Shown here: positions 9,073 through 19,647 of the stretch, piece by piece
Numbering within the stretch: the stretch's first letter is position 1
How the letters are laid out: each line of letters opens with the position of its first letter
NCBI GenBank assembly: GCA_051892935.1
Contig: JBJFGS010000036.1
Span: 68,408-113,065, forward strand
Direction of reading: 5' to 3'
DNA: 44,658 bases
DNA from: Candidatus Coprovivens sp.
Lineage (GTDB): Bacteria; Bacillota_I; Bacilli_A; RF39; UBA660
Position numbers and translations under genes: made by a program
Notes under the pieces: generated by a model
The model's input: the letters and a program-made list of their open reading frames with translations, nothing else
Told to the model about the DNA's origin: nothing
Database searches by the model: none

Positions 9073-10735
9073 TTTGTTCAATATCTTCCAGATCTTCTAT
9101 TCTAGTTCTTAATCTATTACTAATTATTACATACTCGTTATCTATATTTAATATATTAGCTATATTAAATATGTTTTCCTTCGGATCATAAAAATAATAT
9201 GTATCATCATAGGAATCATCCCCAACAATATGAAAAATCATAGCATACTTATCTTTCTCCTTATGCTTAATAGCATAAGTTTGAATTCTATTTTGAACAA
9301 CACTATATCTTTCATCATAGCCTTCGTCTAATATACTATTTTCCTTATTTAATTCTGGAAACATTCTATCCAATATCATCTTTAAAACAACAATCTGTTC
9401 ACTATAATCCATTTTATTAAAATCAGTTAAAGAACCATTACAAGAAAATATACAACGAAATAAAGTTCTAAATTTATGGGCAATATACTTACTAGATACA
9501 ACGCCATCTTTAATTGCATTTTCCAAAACAAAATCTTTTTTTATAAAATGAAGAGATAATGAATTTAGTAAAGTAGAAAAATTCTTTTGAGGACCAATAT
9601 ATAAAACCATATTTGCTAACACATTAGTTTTATCTAAAATTAATAAAACATTACTATAATCACTTTCATCATACATAGGTTGAATAGCTTTTTTCATTTT
9701 CCTAGACCATTTTGTATAATTAAAATCTCCTTCTATATACAAATCATCATCATTTTTAGAAACAAAGCCATATAAATAACGTTGCATTTGAATACATACA
9801 TCTTTAACCCAATCATCGTAATTCCAATTAGGACTATCATAATATGTTTCGATAAATATTTTATATCCAATTATCTTTTCTATTTTACGATGAACAAATC
9901 TACATAATATTTTTAACCAATCAAACCATTCTTCTTTAGATATTGTATTAAGTTTAGTATCAATCAATGAAATAGTCTTATTATTCGATTTAAACTCTGT
10001 AATCCTATTATAAAACTTAGTACTTTGCAATTCCAATTCATAATACAGATTATTGTTTTTTAATGATGAATTAAGCATCATCAAAGCAGCATCCCCATAA
10101 TTATAATGCCAATCTTTAGAAGGTCGATACTCTTCATCATATTTATATTGATTTCTTATATATCCAATATTTAAATCTATATCTCTTAATTCTTTATCAG
10201 TTAATACAGTATGATGAATTTCTTTACCACAATAAACTTGAATCTCTTCTCCAGACTTAGTATGCTTTTTATAAGGAATATTAGTAGCAAAATGCCTCGT
10301 TTGCATCCCCATCTGAATATATGGTAAATCTGAAGCCAAAGTTAAAAAATAAGCTTTACCTTCATCGTAAACAGCTAAAAACCAATGATTAATAATAACT
10401 GTTTTATCAGCATGTTCATAATTAATTACATTATTATTAGACTTTATTAATTTTGAAGTAATTCCTAATTCATCATATATCCTTTGTAATATATATGCAG
10501 CAGAACGACATATTACTTTAAGGTCCCCACTACTCTTATTATCCAAATATACTTTTTCTATCTCTTCAACAGACATATTTTTTTCAAACAGTTTATCATC
10601 AACTGAAAAGAAAAAATCTGTATCTTTTTGTAATAACTTACCAATAGATAAATAAACAAATCTAATCTTATATATAGTAGGCCAACTCGGATTAACTTTA
10701 TTCACAACTTCTTTTATAGCATCATTTATTGTCAT
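9059..10735 (-). CDS. Hypothetical protein with putative transglutaminase/papain-like N-terminal domain
   Basis: VICRSAAYILQRIYDELGI...NHWFLAVY...ASDL gives a Cys-His-Asp order typical of that fold. Confidence 0.55.
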   Translation of the reverse strand: MTINDAIKEVVNKVNPSWPTIYKIRFVYLSIGKLLQKDTDFFFSVDDKLFEKNMSVEEIEKVYLDNKSSGDLKVICRSAAYILQRIYDELGITSKLIKSNNNVINYEHADKTVIINHWFLAVYDEGKAYFLTLASDLPYIQMGMQTRHFATNIPYKKHTKSGEEIQVYCGKEIHHTVLTDKELRDIDLNIGYIRNQYKYDEEYRPSKDWHYNYGDAALMMLNSSLKNNNLYYELELQSTKFYNRITEFKSNNKTISLIDTKLNTISKEEWFDWLKILCRFVHRKIEKIIGYKIFIETYYDSPNWNYDDWVKDVCIQMQRYLYGFVSKNDDDLYIEGDFNYTKWSRKMKKAIQPMYDESDYSNVLLILDKTNVLANMVLYIGPQKNFSTLLNSLSLHFIKKDFVLENAIKDGVVSSKYIAHKFRTLFRCIFSCNGSLTDFNKMDYSEQIVVLKMILDRMFPELNKENSILDEGYDERYSVVQNRIQTYAIKHKEKDKYAMIFHIVGDDSYDDTYYFYDPKENIFNIANILNIDNEYVIISNRLRTRIEDLEDIEQKKTK

Positions 10736-10795
10736 ATAATCACAACCTATATTTAATACTAGTATAACAAAAAAAGATGTATAATAACATCCTTT

Positions 10796-11944
10796 TTAAA
10801 AAGCAATTCTAAACAACTCGACAAAATCATCATAAGAAGTTTCTCTAGGATTTCCACCAGTACAAGGATCTTCTAATGCTTTCTTCGCTAACATTGGAAT
10901 ATCATCTTCTTTTCCACCAATATCACTAATATGTTGAGGAATATTTAATCTAATTGCTAAATCTCTAACTGCTGAAGCAACCTTCTTTACTGCTTCCTCA
11001 TCAGATAAACCATTCATATCAAGTCCAAATGCTTTTCCCATATCTCTAAACCTATCAGGACATACTTCTCCATTATATTCTAAAATATATGGTAATAACA
11101 AAGCATTTGCTACACCATGAGGTGTATCATAAACTGCACCCAATTGATGAGCCATTGAATGAACAATACCTAAACCAACATTACTAAATCCCATACCAGC
11201 AACATATTGCGCTAAAGCCATCTTATCCATCGCATCTTGATTTTTATTTACTGCACTCTCTAGATTTTTATATATTAGTTCCATTGCTTTTAAAGCAAAC
11301 ATATCAGACATCTCCCATGCCCCCTTGGTAATATAACATTCCATAGCATGAGTAAGAGCATCTAACCCTGTTGCAGCAGCAGTAGCAACAGGCATTCCTG
11401 CCATCAATTCAGTATCAATAATAGATAACACTGGTATATCATTAGGATCTACACAAACTAATTTAACAACCGCATCTTCATCAGTAATAACATAATTGAT
11501 AGTAACTTCAGCAGCTGTCCCAGCAGTTGTAGGAAGTGCAATTATAGGTAAACAACGTTCCTTAGTATCTGCAACCCCAACCAAACTTTTTATATCTTTA
11601 AATTCAGGATTATTAACTACTATAGCAATAGCCTTAGCCGCATCGATAACCGAACCTCCACCAACAGCTATAACATAATCACAATGATATTTTCTAGCAA
11701 TTTTTAATCCTTTCTTTACATTTGATATAGTTGGATTAGGTTTTACATCACTAAACAAATCATATACAATATTATTTTCATTTAAAAGTGTTAATACCTT
11801 ATCTGCAACCCCTACATTCAATAAAGTTTCATCAGTAACAACTAAAGCTCTTTTAAACTTTCTTTTTTTAATCTCATCAATAATAACTTCTCTAGCTCCC
11901 CATCCAAAATAAGATGTCTCATTAAAAATCATTCTATTAGCCAT
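10796..11944 (-). CDS. fucO: Lactaldehyde reductase / iron-containing alcohol dehydrogenase
   Basis: MANRMIFNETSYFG N-terminus, GGGSVID, PTTAGTAAEVT, DALTHAME and HSMAHQLGAVYDTPHG. Confidence 0.9.
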   Translation of the reverse strand: MANRMIFNETSYFGWGAREVIIDEIKKRKFKRALVVTDETLLNVGVADKVLTLLNENNIVYDLFSDVKPNPTISNVKKGLKIARKYHCDYVIAVGGGSVIDAAKAIAIVVNNPEFKDIKSLVGVADTKERCLPIIALPTTAGTAAEVTINYVITDEDAVVKLVCVDPNDIPVLSIIDTELMAGMPVATAAATGLDALTHAMECYITKGAWEMSDMFALKAMELIYKNLESAVNKNQDAMDKMALAQYVAGMGFSNVGLGIVHSMAHQLGAVYDTPHGVANALLLPYILEYNGEVCPDRFRDMGKAFGLDMNGLSDEEAVKKVASAVRDLAIRLNIPQHISDIGGKEDDIPMLAKKALEDPCTGGNPRETSYDDFVELFRIAF

Positions 11945-12069
11945 TACAAGCCCTCCTATTCTTAATCATTATATCATAAAATTCAAAAAGCTATAGTTTT
12001 TTTTAATAAACATAGTGTTGTTTTTTTCATCAATATATATTATAATAATTATAGGTAAAAGGTGGTAAT

Positions 12070-12618
12070 ATGGATAAAAGAATAATAAATACAAAGAAAA
12101 AATTAACTAATTCTTTATTAGAATTATTACAACAAAAAAAAATTAAAGACATAACAGTATTAGAACTATGTAAATTAGCAAACATTAATCGAACAACATT
12201 CTATAAATACTATAAAGATGTTGATGACTTAGTATTAAGTATAGAAGAATCATTAATATCAGAATTAGAAAAAAACATAGTCGATATCAAAAGAAATTAT
12301 TTAATATCATTTACAAGTAAAATAATAGAAACAATAGCATCTCATAAAGAAATATATACTAGAATACTTGGTGAAAATGGTGATCACACTTTCTTAAATA
12401 GAATACTAAATCTAGTATACGATCAAAGTCTTACAGAATGGCAAAAATTATTAAGAAAAGCAACTAACGAAGATTTAGAAAAAATATATAGTTTTATTGT
12501 AGATGGTACAATAGGAATAGTTAATGAATGGATAAAAAATAATTGCCAAGAAGAACCAAACAATGTTGCAATATTTATAAACAAAATATGCATGAGTGGT
12601 TTAAGCAGTTTTATCTAA
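12070..12618 (+). CDS. TetR/AcrR-family regulator
   Basis: DKRIINTKK...ITVLELCKLANINRTTFYKYY; divergent from fucO. Confidence 0.92.
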   Translation: MDKRIINTKKKLTNSLLELLQQKKIKDITVLELCKLANINRTTFYKYYKDVDDLVLSIEESLISELEKNIVDIKRNYLISFTSKIIETIASHKEIYTRILGENGDHTFLNRILNLVYDQSLTEWQKLLRKATNEDLEKIYSFIVDGTIGIVNEWIKNNCQEEPNNVAIFINKICMSGLSSFI

Positions 12619-12620
12619 TA

Positions 12621-12649
12621 AAAAAGCGTTTCACAATCGAAACGTTTTT
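12621..12649. terminator. Bidirectional terminator
   Basis: aaaaagcgtttc-N6-gaaacgttttt. Confidence 0.7.
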
Positions 12650-13416
12650 TATAAAACAATCATCATAATAGTTAATAATAAAAAGAAAATAATTGTTGGT
12701 ATAAATATAAGTAATAATACTTTATTAAAAGTTATACTAAAAATTCTTATTCTATTATATCCCAAAGAATAATATAACTTATTATTCTTTTTTTCATCTA
12801 TAATAACATTTACAATTGAAATTAAAAATAATAAAATAAACAAAAACAATAAAATTCTAATAATAATATTAAAAATATAAATAAAATTTTTATAATTATT
12901 ACTATCAATATTCACTTCGTAAACAATTGGTTCAACTTTATAACTATTTTTAATAAAATTAGATGTCTTTTCTGCATCAAACCAGTTTTCTAAACTAATA
13001 AAATAATAATACTCTTTAACATTATTGTTTAAAAAATCATATAAAGAATTATTTTGCACAATATTAAATTCACTCATTATTGTATATTGAATTGTATATT
13101 TGCCAATTGTACATTTAACTCTTTCTCCAGAATCATTTCTAATGATTGGTGTATTATCTACAATAAAAACTTCTGTCAAATCACTATAACAATTAGCATA
13201 TAAAGCCTTATTATAACTTTTTACATTTTGTTCATTACTTAAATCAATTTCTTTTTCTGTAATAAAATAAATAAACGACTTACTATAAGCTTCATTGCCT
13301 TTAGCTATTATACATTCTTTCGCTATAAGTAAAAAAAAGAATAATATACTAAATGATATAAAAATCCATAAATAAATTTTAGTAACTTTCCTTTTTAAAA
13401 AAACTCTATAAATCAT
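12649..13416 (-). CDS. ABC transporter permease (FtsX-like, short)
   Basis: N-terminal TM, extracellular loop, LYYSLGY motif and C-terminal TMs; in operon with the ATPase. Confidence 0.7.
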   Translation of the reverse strand: MIYRVFLKRKVTKIYLWIFISFSILFFFLLIAKECIIAKGNEAYSKSFIYFITEKEIDLSNEQNVKSYNKALYANCYSDLTEVFIVDNTPIIRNDSGERVKCTIGKYTIQYTIMSEFNIVQNNSLYDFLNNNVKEYYYFISLENWFDAEKTSNFIKNSYKVEPIVYEVNIDSNNYKNFIYIFNIIIRILLFLFILLFLISIVNVIIDEKKNNKLYYSLGYNRIRIFSITFNKVLLLIFIPTIIFFLLLTIMMIVL

Positions 13417-13427
13417 AAAATCACCAT

Positions 13428-14687
13428 TTATTTCATCGCTAACAACTCTTGTATACTATAATTAAAAATCTTTTTAAAGCTTGATTTTATAATCAAATAA
13501 ATTATGAATATAAATAGAATCAATAAAACTGCTATTAAAACATAAGGAACATCTAAAATAACATTATTATATGTTATTTCAGCCCAAAAAGTATAAGTTA
13601 AAAAGTTTAACGCTACAAAATATATTAATAATGATATAATATAGCAAATAACAATTAAAATCGTATTTTCTTTAAAATTTAATAATATAATATCTTTTTC
13701 ATCATAACCAATTGCTTTTAAAATTCCTATATTATTTAATCTACTCATATTCTTCTTTGATATAAAACTATATAAAATATTTAAGGTCAAAATAATAACA
13801 ACAATCCCAATAACTATAGGAATTATTAACAACATATTCATAAAAGTAAAATCTGTATAAGAATAAGGATAATATTCAATATTCATTCTTTTTAATTCAT
13901 CTAAGACAGAGAAAATATTGTCTTTTGAATCGATTACTACAAAATAATCATAATATTTACTATATTCTTTTTCAATTAAATTACCCTTTTCATCATAGCT
14001 ACCAACCCATCCAGCATATTTAGATGATATTTCGTTATATGTTTCCATATCTGTATAACAAGTATTAGCAGTTTCCATATATTTATTTTCATAAGACCCA
14101 ACAATTTTTAAAGTAATACTTTTTCCATCTAAATCTTCATTAGAAGAAATAACTTCAATCTCTTTTCCTATAAATTTGCTACTTGGAATAAACAAATTTC
14201 TGTACATTCGATCATCAAATTCATGAGGATAAAATGTATCTGAACAAACTAATTCATATTTATTTTCTAAATTAGTTCCTTTTTTTATTTTTATATCATC
14301 TTTATTAAGTAAAACTTTTAAATATAATATTCCTTCTTCACTCTCTATATCAAATGTCGATACTTCAGTTCTACTCCCAAAATAATACTTTTCATTCACT
14401 ATCGATTCAACATGTTCAAGATTCTTTATCATCCCAATTTGTTCTTCAGTAAATTCAACATCTCTTAATGTATGATTAATATCATCATCAATTACTTCAT
14501 GAATTATCTTATAAGTTCTTCCATCAGCTAAATTTGATATTCTATTTTTATTATTTACACTAAATTGAACAATAGTTAAACAAGTAATTAAAATCAAAAA
14601 TATAATCGTTAATACGATTAACAAAACAATATTTTTCTTTTCGAACAATCTATTTCTAATAATGAAAAATTGGTCTTTAAAACTCAT
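13428..14687 (-). CDS. ABC transporter permease (MacB/FtsX family)
   Basis: TM plus large extracellular domain plus IGILKAIGY and three more TMs. Confidence 0.88.
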   Translation of the reverse strand: MSFKDQFFIIRNRLFEKKNIVLLIVLTIIFLILITCLTIVQFSVNNKNRISNLADGRTYKIIHEVIDDDINHTLRDVEFTEEQIGMIKNLEHVESIVNEKYYFGSRTEVSTFDIESEEGILYLKVLLNKDDIKIKKGTNLENKYELVCSDTFYPHEFDDRMYRNLFIPSSKFIGKEIEVISSNEDLDGKSITLKIVGSYENKYMETANTCYTDMETYNEISSKYAGWVGSYDEKGNLIEKEYSKYYDYFVVIDSKDNIFSVLDELKRMNIEYYPYSYTDFTFMNMLLIIPIVIGIVVIILTLNILYSFISKKNMSRLNNIGILKAIGYDEKDIILLNFKENTILIVICYIISLLIYFVALNFLTYTFWAEITYNNVILDVPYVLIAVLLILFIFIIYLIIKSSFKKIFNYSIQELLAMK

Positions 14688-15358
14688 TATTGCACCAACT
14701 TTCCATTGTTCAATTCAATAAGAATATCAGCATAATTTTTAATTTCATTACTATGTGAAACGACTATCACACATTTACCTTCCTTAGATAATTCCTTTAA
14801 GTAATTAAATATCATTTTTTCATTTTTCTCATCTAAATCCCCAGTTGGTTCATCAGCTAGAATAATTGATGGATTATTTGCTAAAGCTCGAGCTATACAA
14901 ACTCTTTGCTTTTCCCCACCAGATAATTCTTTTGGTAAATGATTTTTCCTTTCTACTAAATTGAATTTCTTTAATAAATCTTCAGCTATCTTCTCTCTAT
15001 TCATTTTATCAATTTCTTTATTAATTAACATTGGTAAAATAACATTATCTAAAGCACTCATATATTCATCTAAGTAAAATTCTTGAAAGACAAAACCAAT
15101 TTCTTTCATTCTAATCTTAGAAGCTTCTATATCATTTAAATCTTTAATACTTTTTTCATTCAGTAAGAATTCTCCTAAATCAAATTTATTCATTAACCCA
15201 AGAATACTAATTAAAGTTGACTTGCCACTACCAGAAGGTCCCATTATCGCATAAAACTTTCCCTTATCAAAAGTAAAATTAATATCAATCAAAGCTGTAA
15301 CTTCTTCATTCCCTTTTCTATATGTTTTACTAATTCCCTTTAATTCAATAACTGCCAT
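14687..15358 (-). CDS. ABC transporter ATP-binding protein (LolD/MacB-like)
   Basis: GPSGSGKST, LSGGEKQR and LADEPTG. Confidence 0.96.
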   Translation of the reverse strand: MAVIELKGISKTYRKGNEEVTALIDINFTFDKGKFYAIMGPSGSGKSTLISILGLMNKFDLGEFLLNEKSIKDLNDIEASKIRMKEIGFVFQEFYLDEYMSALDNVILPMLINKEIDKMNREKIAEDLLKKFNLVERKNHLPKELSGGEKQRVCIARALANNPSIILADEPTGDLDEKNEKMIFNYLKELSKEGKCVIVVSHSNEIKNYADILIELNNGKLVQ

Positions 15359-15449
15359 ATATTATTCCTACTTTCTATATTTCATAAATCAAATATAAAT
15401 ATAAAAATAGCTGCTATGAAACAACCAATAATTCATGACAGCTATTTCA

Positions 15450-15875
15450 TTAATTATTTGTTCCTATTGAGAATGTTGTTGTTAATCCAGAATAATTTCC
15501 AGATGTATCAGGGGCATATAATTGTAATTCTCCTTTATAGTATGCATTAGACATGTTTCCATAAGAAACTACTATATTTGTACCTTTATATGTACTTCTC
15601 ATCACTCTATCATATTCATTATAAAATCCAAAAATGTTTTTCTTATAAAGAACAAATCTTAATGTTCCATCATAATACATCGTCGATGAACCACGTGAAG
15701 ATTTAAGATATATATCACCACTTATTTTGTTACCTGATTCAACCGAAATAACGGTTCCATCTCCCTTGAAAGTATAACTCATAGACGTTGCAGCTAAAAC
15801 AGTAGAAACAAACATGAGTAATACCATAAATATAAAAAAACTCAAAAACACCTTTCTACTATACCTTCTATACAT
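15450..15875 (-). CDS. Small secreted beta-rich protein
   Basis: Basic N-terminus, hydrophobic core and VLA-A cleavage site; Ser/Thr/Gly/Tyr-rich mature part. Confidence 0.75.
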   Translation of the reverse strand: MYRRYSRKVFLSFFIFMVLLMFVSTVLAATSMSYTFKGDGTVISVESGNKISGDIYLKSSRGSSTMYYDGTLRFVLYKKNIFGFYNEYDRVMRSTYKGTNIVVSYGNMSNAYYKGELQLYAPDTSGNYSGLTTTFSIGTNN

Positions 15876-15949
15876 AAAAATCCTCTTTTCTACTCACACT
15901 TTATCAAATAAACAAAATAACTTATAATTATCCTGTCTACTATGAGCAT

Positions 15950-16822
15950 TGTACCTTAATAAGAAATAATAAAAATTCTTAAATTGTTTATTAAGTCATA
16001 AGTTTCTTCAATCTATTCTTTTTTTAATAATACCTATCTTATTTACTATCTTTAAAAAAATTATATTTATTATAAGTATATCTTATATGTATCAGTTACA
16101 AAACTATTAATACTTTCAAGTTCTATTAATGACTTATTATTCAAAAGAAATTACTTTCACTAAAATGTTTATACTCAGTTATTAAATTATATATGATTCC
16201 TTTTTTTAAAAAAACAGAAATAGATAGTAACAATTATTACATTAACTTTTTTATCAATTACAACATAATATAAATGATATTTTCCGGCTTTATATAAAAT
16301 CTCAAATCTCCATATTATCAACATTTTTATTTTCTAAAAATTATAAATAATTGCTTATGATATCATCTGCTTTATCCAAAACTACAGTTGAAATTTCATC
16401 ATCACTCAATATTGCCCCAACTAATCCCTCATATTCACTAGAATTATGTAGGGTATAAAGATAATTAAGATAATTACTAAATAAAATAACTCCAAGAATC
16501 ATCATAATCATTAAATAATATTAAAAAACAATTTTTTTATCGATAACAATTTCATATTATAACCAATTATATTATACCATAGGAAAACTAATATAAACAT
16601 ATATAAACTTTTAAAATAAAAGTAGTCATACAAACACTGAAAACAGTTATATCAGTACACTTTTTATTTATCAAATACAATAATTATACCAATTCCAATA
16701 ATCAATAAATGTATAACAATTATAGCAAAATGCACTTTTCATACAAAGATAAATGGCCTAAATTATTTAAAAAACATAATTGTATTTAATATAATTACAA
16801 TCAAAAAGTTAGTCTTCATCAT
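15950..16822 (-). pseudogene. Decayed membrane-protein gene(s)
   Basis: No intact ORF, but protein-like fragments broken by stops and frameshifts (KVHFAIIVIHLLIIGIGII; MMILGVILFSNYLNYLYTLHNSSEYEGLVGAILSDDEISTVVLDKADDIISNYL). Boundaries approximate. Confidence 0.4.
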
Positions 16823-16827
16823 TATCT

Positions 16828-17505
16828 TCAGGCTAACTTGTTTATTTCTAAAGTCCATTCCTTTCTTTGACAATTTTCATTATCAATCTCATAATAACTA
16901 ACTACCAAATTACCATTATTATCTATATATAAATCATATCCATCTTTTTTAATATTCATCATAGTATAAGATATATCTTCACTAACAATACCATTTTCTA
17001 ATTTTTCTAGCAATTCTTCTTCAGTTATTTTAAAACTTTCTAATATCAAATTATTATTTAAAACTTTACCATTATCTAAAGAAATATTATAAAAATTAAC
17101 ATTTTCTTCCCCTACTATTCCATCTACATACGCATAATATTTTTGTAAAACTGATAAATATTTATCAGTTTTATAATATTCATAACTAATTATATTACCT
17201 TGACTTATTTCACTATTATATATTTCCATATTTTGATAGCTTTTAGTAACAAAACTTTTTAACTCTAAATTAACGTTATCTATATCATCACCTTTAATAT
17301 TAATTACTAATATATCAAGTGAATAATCATTTCCGTCCAATTTTAATTCTTGATATTTTTGTAAGTGAACATAATCTTTACTATCATCTATTTTCTCTAC
17401 CACAAAAGTTTCAGTATTAGTACTTTTTTTCTCTTCTTGATTATTTTTATTTTGACAACCAACCAAAAGAATTAATAACAAAATAAATAGTACTATCTTT
17501 TTCAT
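16828..17505 (-). CDS. Lipoprotein, unknown function
   Basis: MKKIVLFILLLILLVGC lipobox. Confidence 0.85.
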   Translation of the reverse strand: MKKIVLFILLLILLVGCQNKNNQEEKKSTNTETFVVEKIDDSKDYVHLQKYQELKLDGNDYSLDILVINIKGDDIDNVNLELKSFVTKSYQNMEIYNSEISQGNIISYEYYKTDKYLSVLQKYYAYVDGIVGEENVNFYNISLDNGKVLNNNLILESFKITEEELLEKLENGIVSEDISYTMMNIKKDGYDLYIDNNGNLVVSYYEIDNENCQRKEWTLEINKLA

Positions 17506-17529
17506 AACATCACCATTAAATAAATTATA

Positions 17530-18740
17530 TCACGTATAATACTGAGTAGTAAATTGATGAAGTTACAATTATCTTTTTACAAGTATAATAATTTTAATCA
17601 TATATGAGTAAAAATATACGCTTGAGTTTAGGGAAATTTAACAATGGTCTTAAATATCCATTTCTATGACGCCTAGCTCTTTTTTTGCTATCTTTGTTTT
17701 AAAATGTGATGATTATTTATTTAATATTATTAACATGCGCAAAGAAGATTACAAAGCACCAAAAACTCAATCATAACTATAAAGGGACAGTGCCTATATA
17801 CAATAGTTTAGACATTGATGTGACTAAATCTAAAGTATGGTTACTTTAATTAGTTCTTACGGTGAAGCTATAATTGAACAAAATTAAACTAATTATTCTA
17901 TTAATGAATTAACCTATTTGATAAATAGGATTAGTAAGCTAAAATTAGAAAACATATCTGTAATAATAAAATACATGAGTATTTATAATCGAACAACAGA
18001 AAAATTCTTTTTAATAAGCCACTTTAAATTAATTGTCATAATATGAGTTTTAGGAAAAAATGATAAACAAGAACTTTTTTATATAGTTAATCTTATCTAC
18101 ACAAATAAATTCAAACAATACATTACCCAAAGTTAGTCATATTTAAATCAGAACGACTCATCTAGTCAATATTTTGCACTAGATGAGTTAAATCGATACA
18201 AGAATCTAATTTATTTATGTTTTACATAATATGAATTAGTATTTAAAAAGAATGCAATATATAGCAAAACAGTATTATTGTTTATAAAAAAATCCGCATA
18301 CAAGCATTATATCAAATATCACGATTGATTGCTTACAAATTTTTCTAAAAAGAATAATTTCAAAAAATTGAAATTTAAACCAATCAAAAATAAAACAGTA
18401 TGAAATCTCACCATATCCATCTATTGATAAGAACGATGAATTAGTTTCTAATATATTACAAAAAACAAAAAGACAGACTAATTAACGCCTATCATGAACA
18501 AATTAAAATAATCAAATATAAATTAATTGAGTTAGGAAAAAAATCTAATTATTTTATTCCAATTAATTCAATATTTGTTATTGAAAAAGTTATCTCATCA
18601 ATTATAACTGCCGAACTCGGAAATACTAATAGATTTAATAATATTAAAAATTGACCACATATTTTATATTAAATTTATCGACAAAAGAATCTGATAAGTC
18701 AGTTAATATTTATGAACCAATTTCTAAATCTTAAAAAATA
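17530..18740 (+). mobile_element. IS110-family relic including upstream non-coding end (boundaries approximate, 3' truncated)
   Basis: Pseudogene above plus about 260 nt of ORF-poor upstream sequence with complementary segments. Confidence 0.55.
17796..18740 (+). pseudogene. Decayed IS110-family transposase/recombinase
   Basis: Manual translation across frameshifts: SLDIDVTKSK..MVTLISSYGEAIIE (GIDVxK), VIIKYMSIYNRTTEKFF (MESTxxY), KNDKQE (KTDKxD), SIFVIEKVISSIITAELGNTNRFNN (SIPGIG..AEIGD..RF), STKESDKSVNIYEPISKS (QSG..ISK). Motif order matches IS110. Confidence 0.75.
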
Positions 18741-18808
18741 GAAATTTCATTTTTTTCAGTAAATCTATAATACATAAAAATTAATAATGACGAAACTTAG
18801 AATAACAT

Positions 18809-18831
18809 AAAAAACAGACATTGTCTGTTTA
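18809..18831 (-). terminator. Terminator of the small basic ORF
   Basis: aaacagaca-t-tgtctgttt hairpin followed by a U-run on the minus strand. Confidence 0.7.
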
Positions 18832-18930
18832 TTTACTAGCTTTCTTTGCTACTAATTTAACTTTAACACCTTTAACACGGCTATATTTCTTTTTAACACC
18901 TTCAGGTAGATTTGTTTTAATAGTTCTCAT
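18829..18930 (-). CDS. 33-aa basic small protein MRTIKTNLPEGVKKKYSRVKGVKVKLVAKKASK
   Basis: Below the ORF-track cutoff; GAGGAGGTG RBS, extended -10 TGtTATAAT upstream, terminator at the stop. Confidence 0.75.
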   Translation of the reverse strand: MRTIKTNLPEGVKKKYSRVKGVKVKLVAKKASK

Positions 18931-18995
18931 AGTGCACCTCCTCGTTTAATAACTAATCAATTATAACACGTATTATACAAAAAATACATTAAAAT

Positions 18996-19322
18996 TCAAG
19001 TTAAAAAATATTTAACAACAGAAAATGATATTGAAATAAAAACTATTACTATCAATAAATAATAAAATGTTGATGAATAATTCTTAACTTTCTTTCTAGT
19101 ATCTCTTATCATATAAATAAAAAAAATTGTCAAAAAACCAAAAATCAACCCACTAAAAAATTCATTAATAGTATCTATTAGAAAAAAAGGATAAATAATC
19201 AAAAAAAAGACAATATATATTAAAGAAAACAAATAAAACTTACCAAAAGCAACTTTAACAACATCAGGAACAGATTTATACATTTCCTTAAGAAAATTTT
19301 TTTTATTTATTTGTCTCTTCAT
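18996..19322 (-). CDS. Small membrane protein (3 TM)
   Basis: Three hydrophobic segments; overlaps the upstream gene. Confidence 0.7.
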   Translation of the reverse strand: MKRQINKKNFLKEMYKSVPDVVKVAFGKFYLFSLIYIVFFLIIYPFFLIDTINEFFSGLIFGFLTIFFIYMIRDTRKKVKNYSSTFYYLLIVIVFISISFSVVKYFLT

Positions 19323-19560
19323 AAGCTTTTCTCACTGCTTTAGCCAATTGATCAGCACAAGAAGTTCCTCTCATTCCACATTGATTTCCTAAAAGAGTAC
19401 TTTCTATGTAATCAACACTCTTACCATCTAATAATTTAGATATTGCATTTAAATTCCCCGGACAACCTCCCTTAAACTTAATATCACTTATAATATCACC
19501 ATCTATTTTAAATGATATCTCAAGAGAACAAGTACCACTAGTTCTATATTTATACTCCAT
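19303..19560 (-). CDS. TSCPD-domain protein (TIGR03905-like)
   Basis: GTCS..I.F, F.GGCPGNL.AISKL and CG.RGTSCADQLAKA; start reassigned to MEYKY behind GAAGGTGA. Confidence 0.88.
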   Translation of the reverse strand: MEYKYRTSGTCSLEISFKIDGDIISDIKFKGGCPGNLNAISKLLDGKSVDYIESTLLGNQCGMRGTSCADQLAKAVRKAYEETNK

Positions 19561-19647
19561 AATAATCACCTTCATTTAAGATTATAACATTATTCATCAA
19601 AATATCAAAATATCATGTTATAATAACTTTCAAGAAAGAGGAATAAT

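Noticed and set aside
18155-18189. Perfect 11-bp inverted repeat ACTCATCTAGT-N11-ACTAGATGAGT as an ncRNA or terminator
   Set aside because: Lies within the IS110 pseudogene coding trace and has no U-tract; no independent support.
17796-18740. Decayed LytTR/histidine kinase locus (first impression)
   Set aside because: The ordered motifs fit an IS110 transposase much better.
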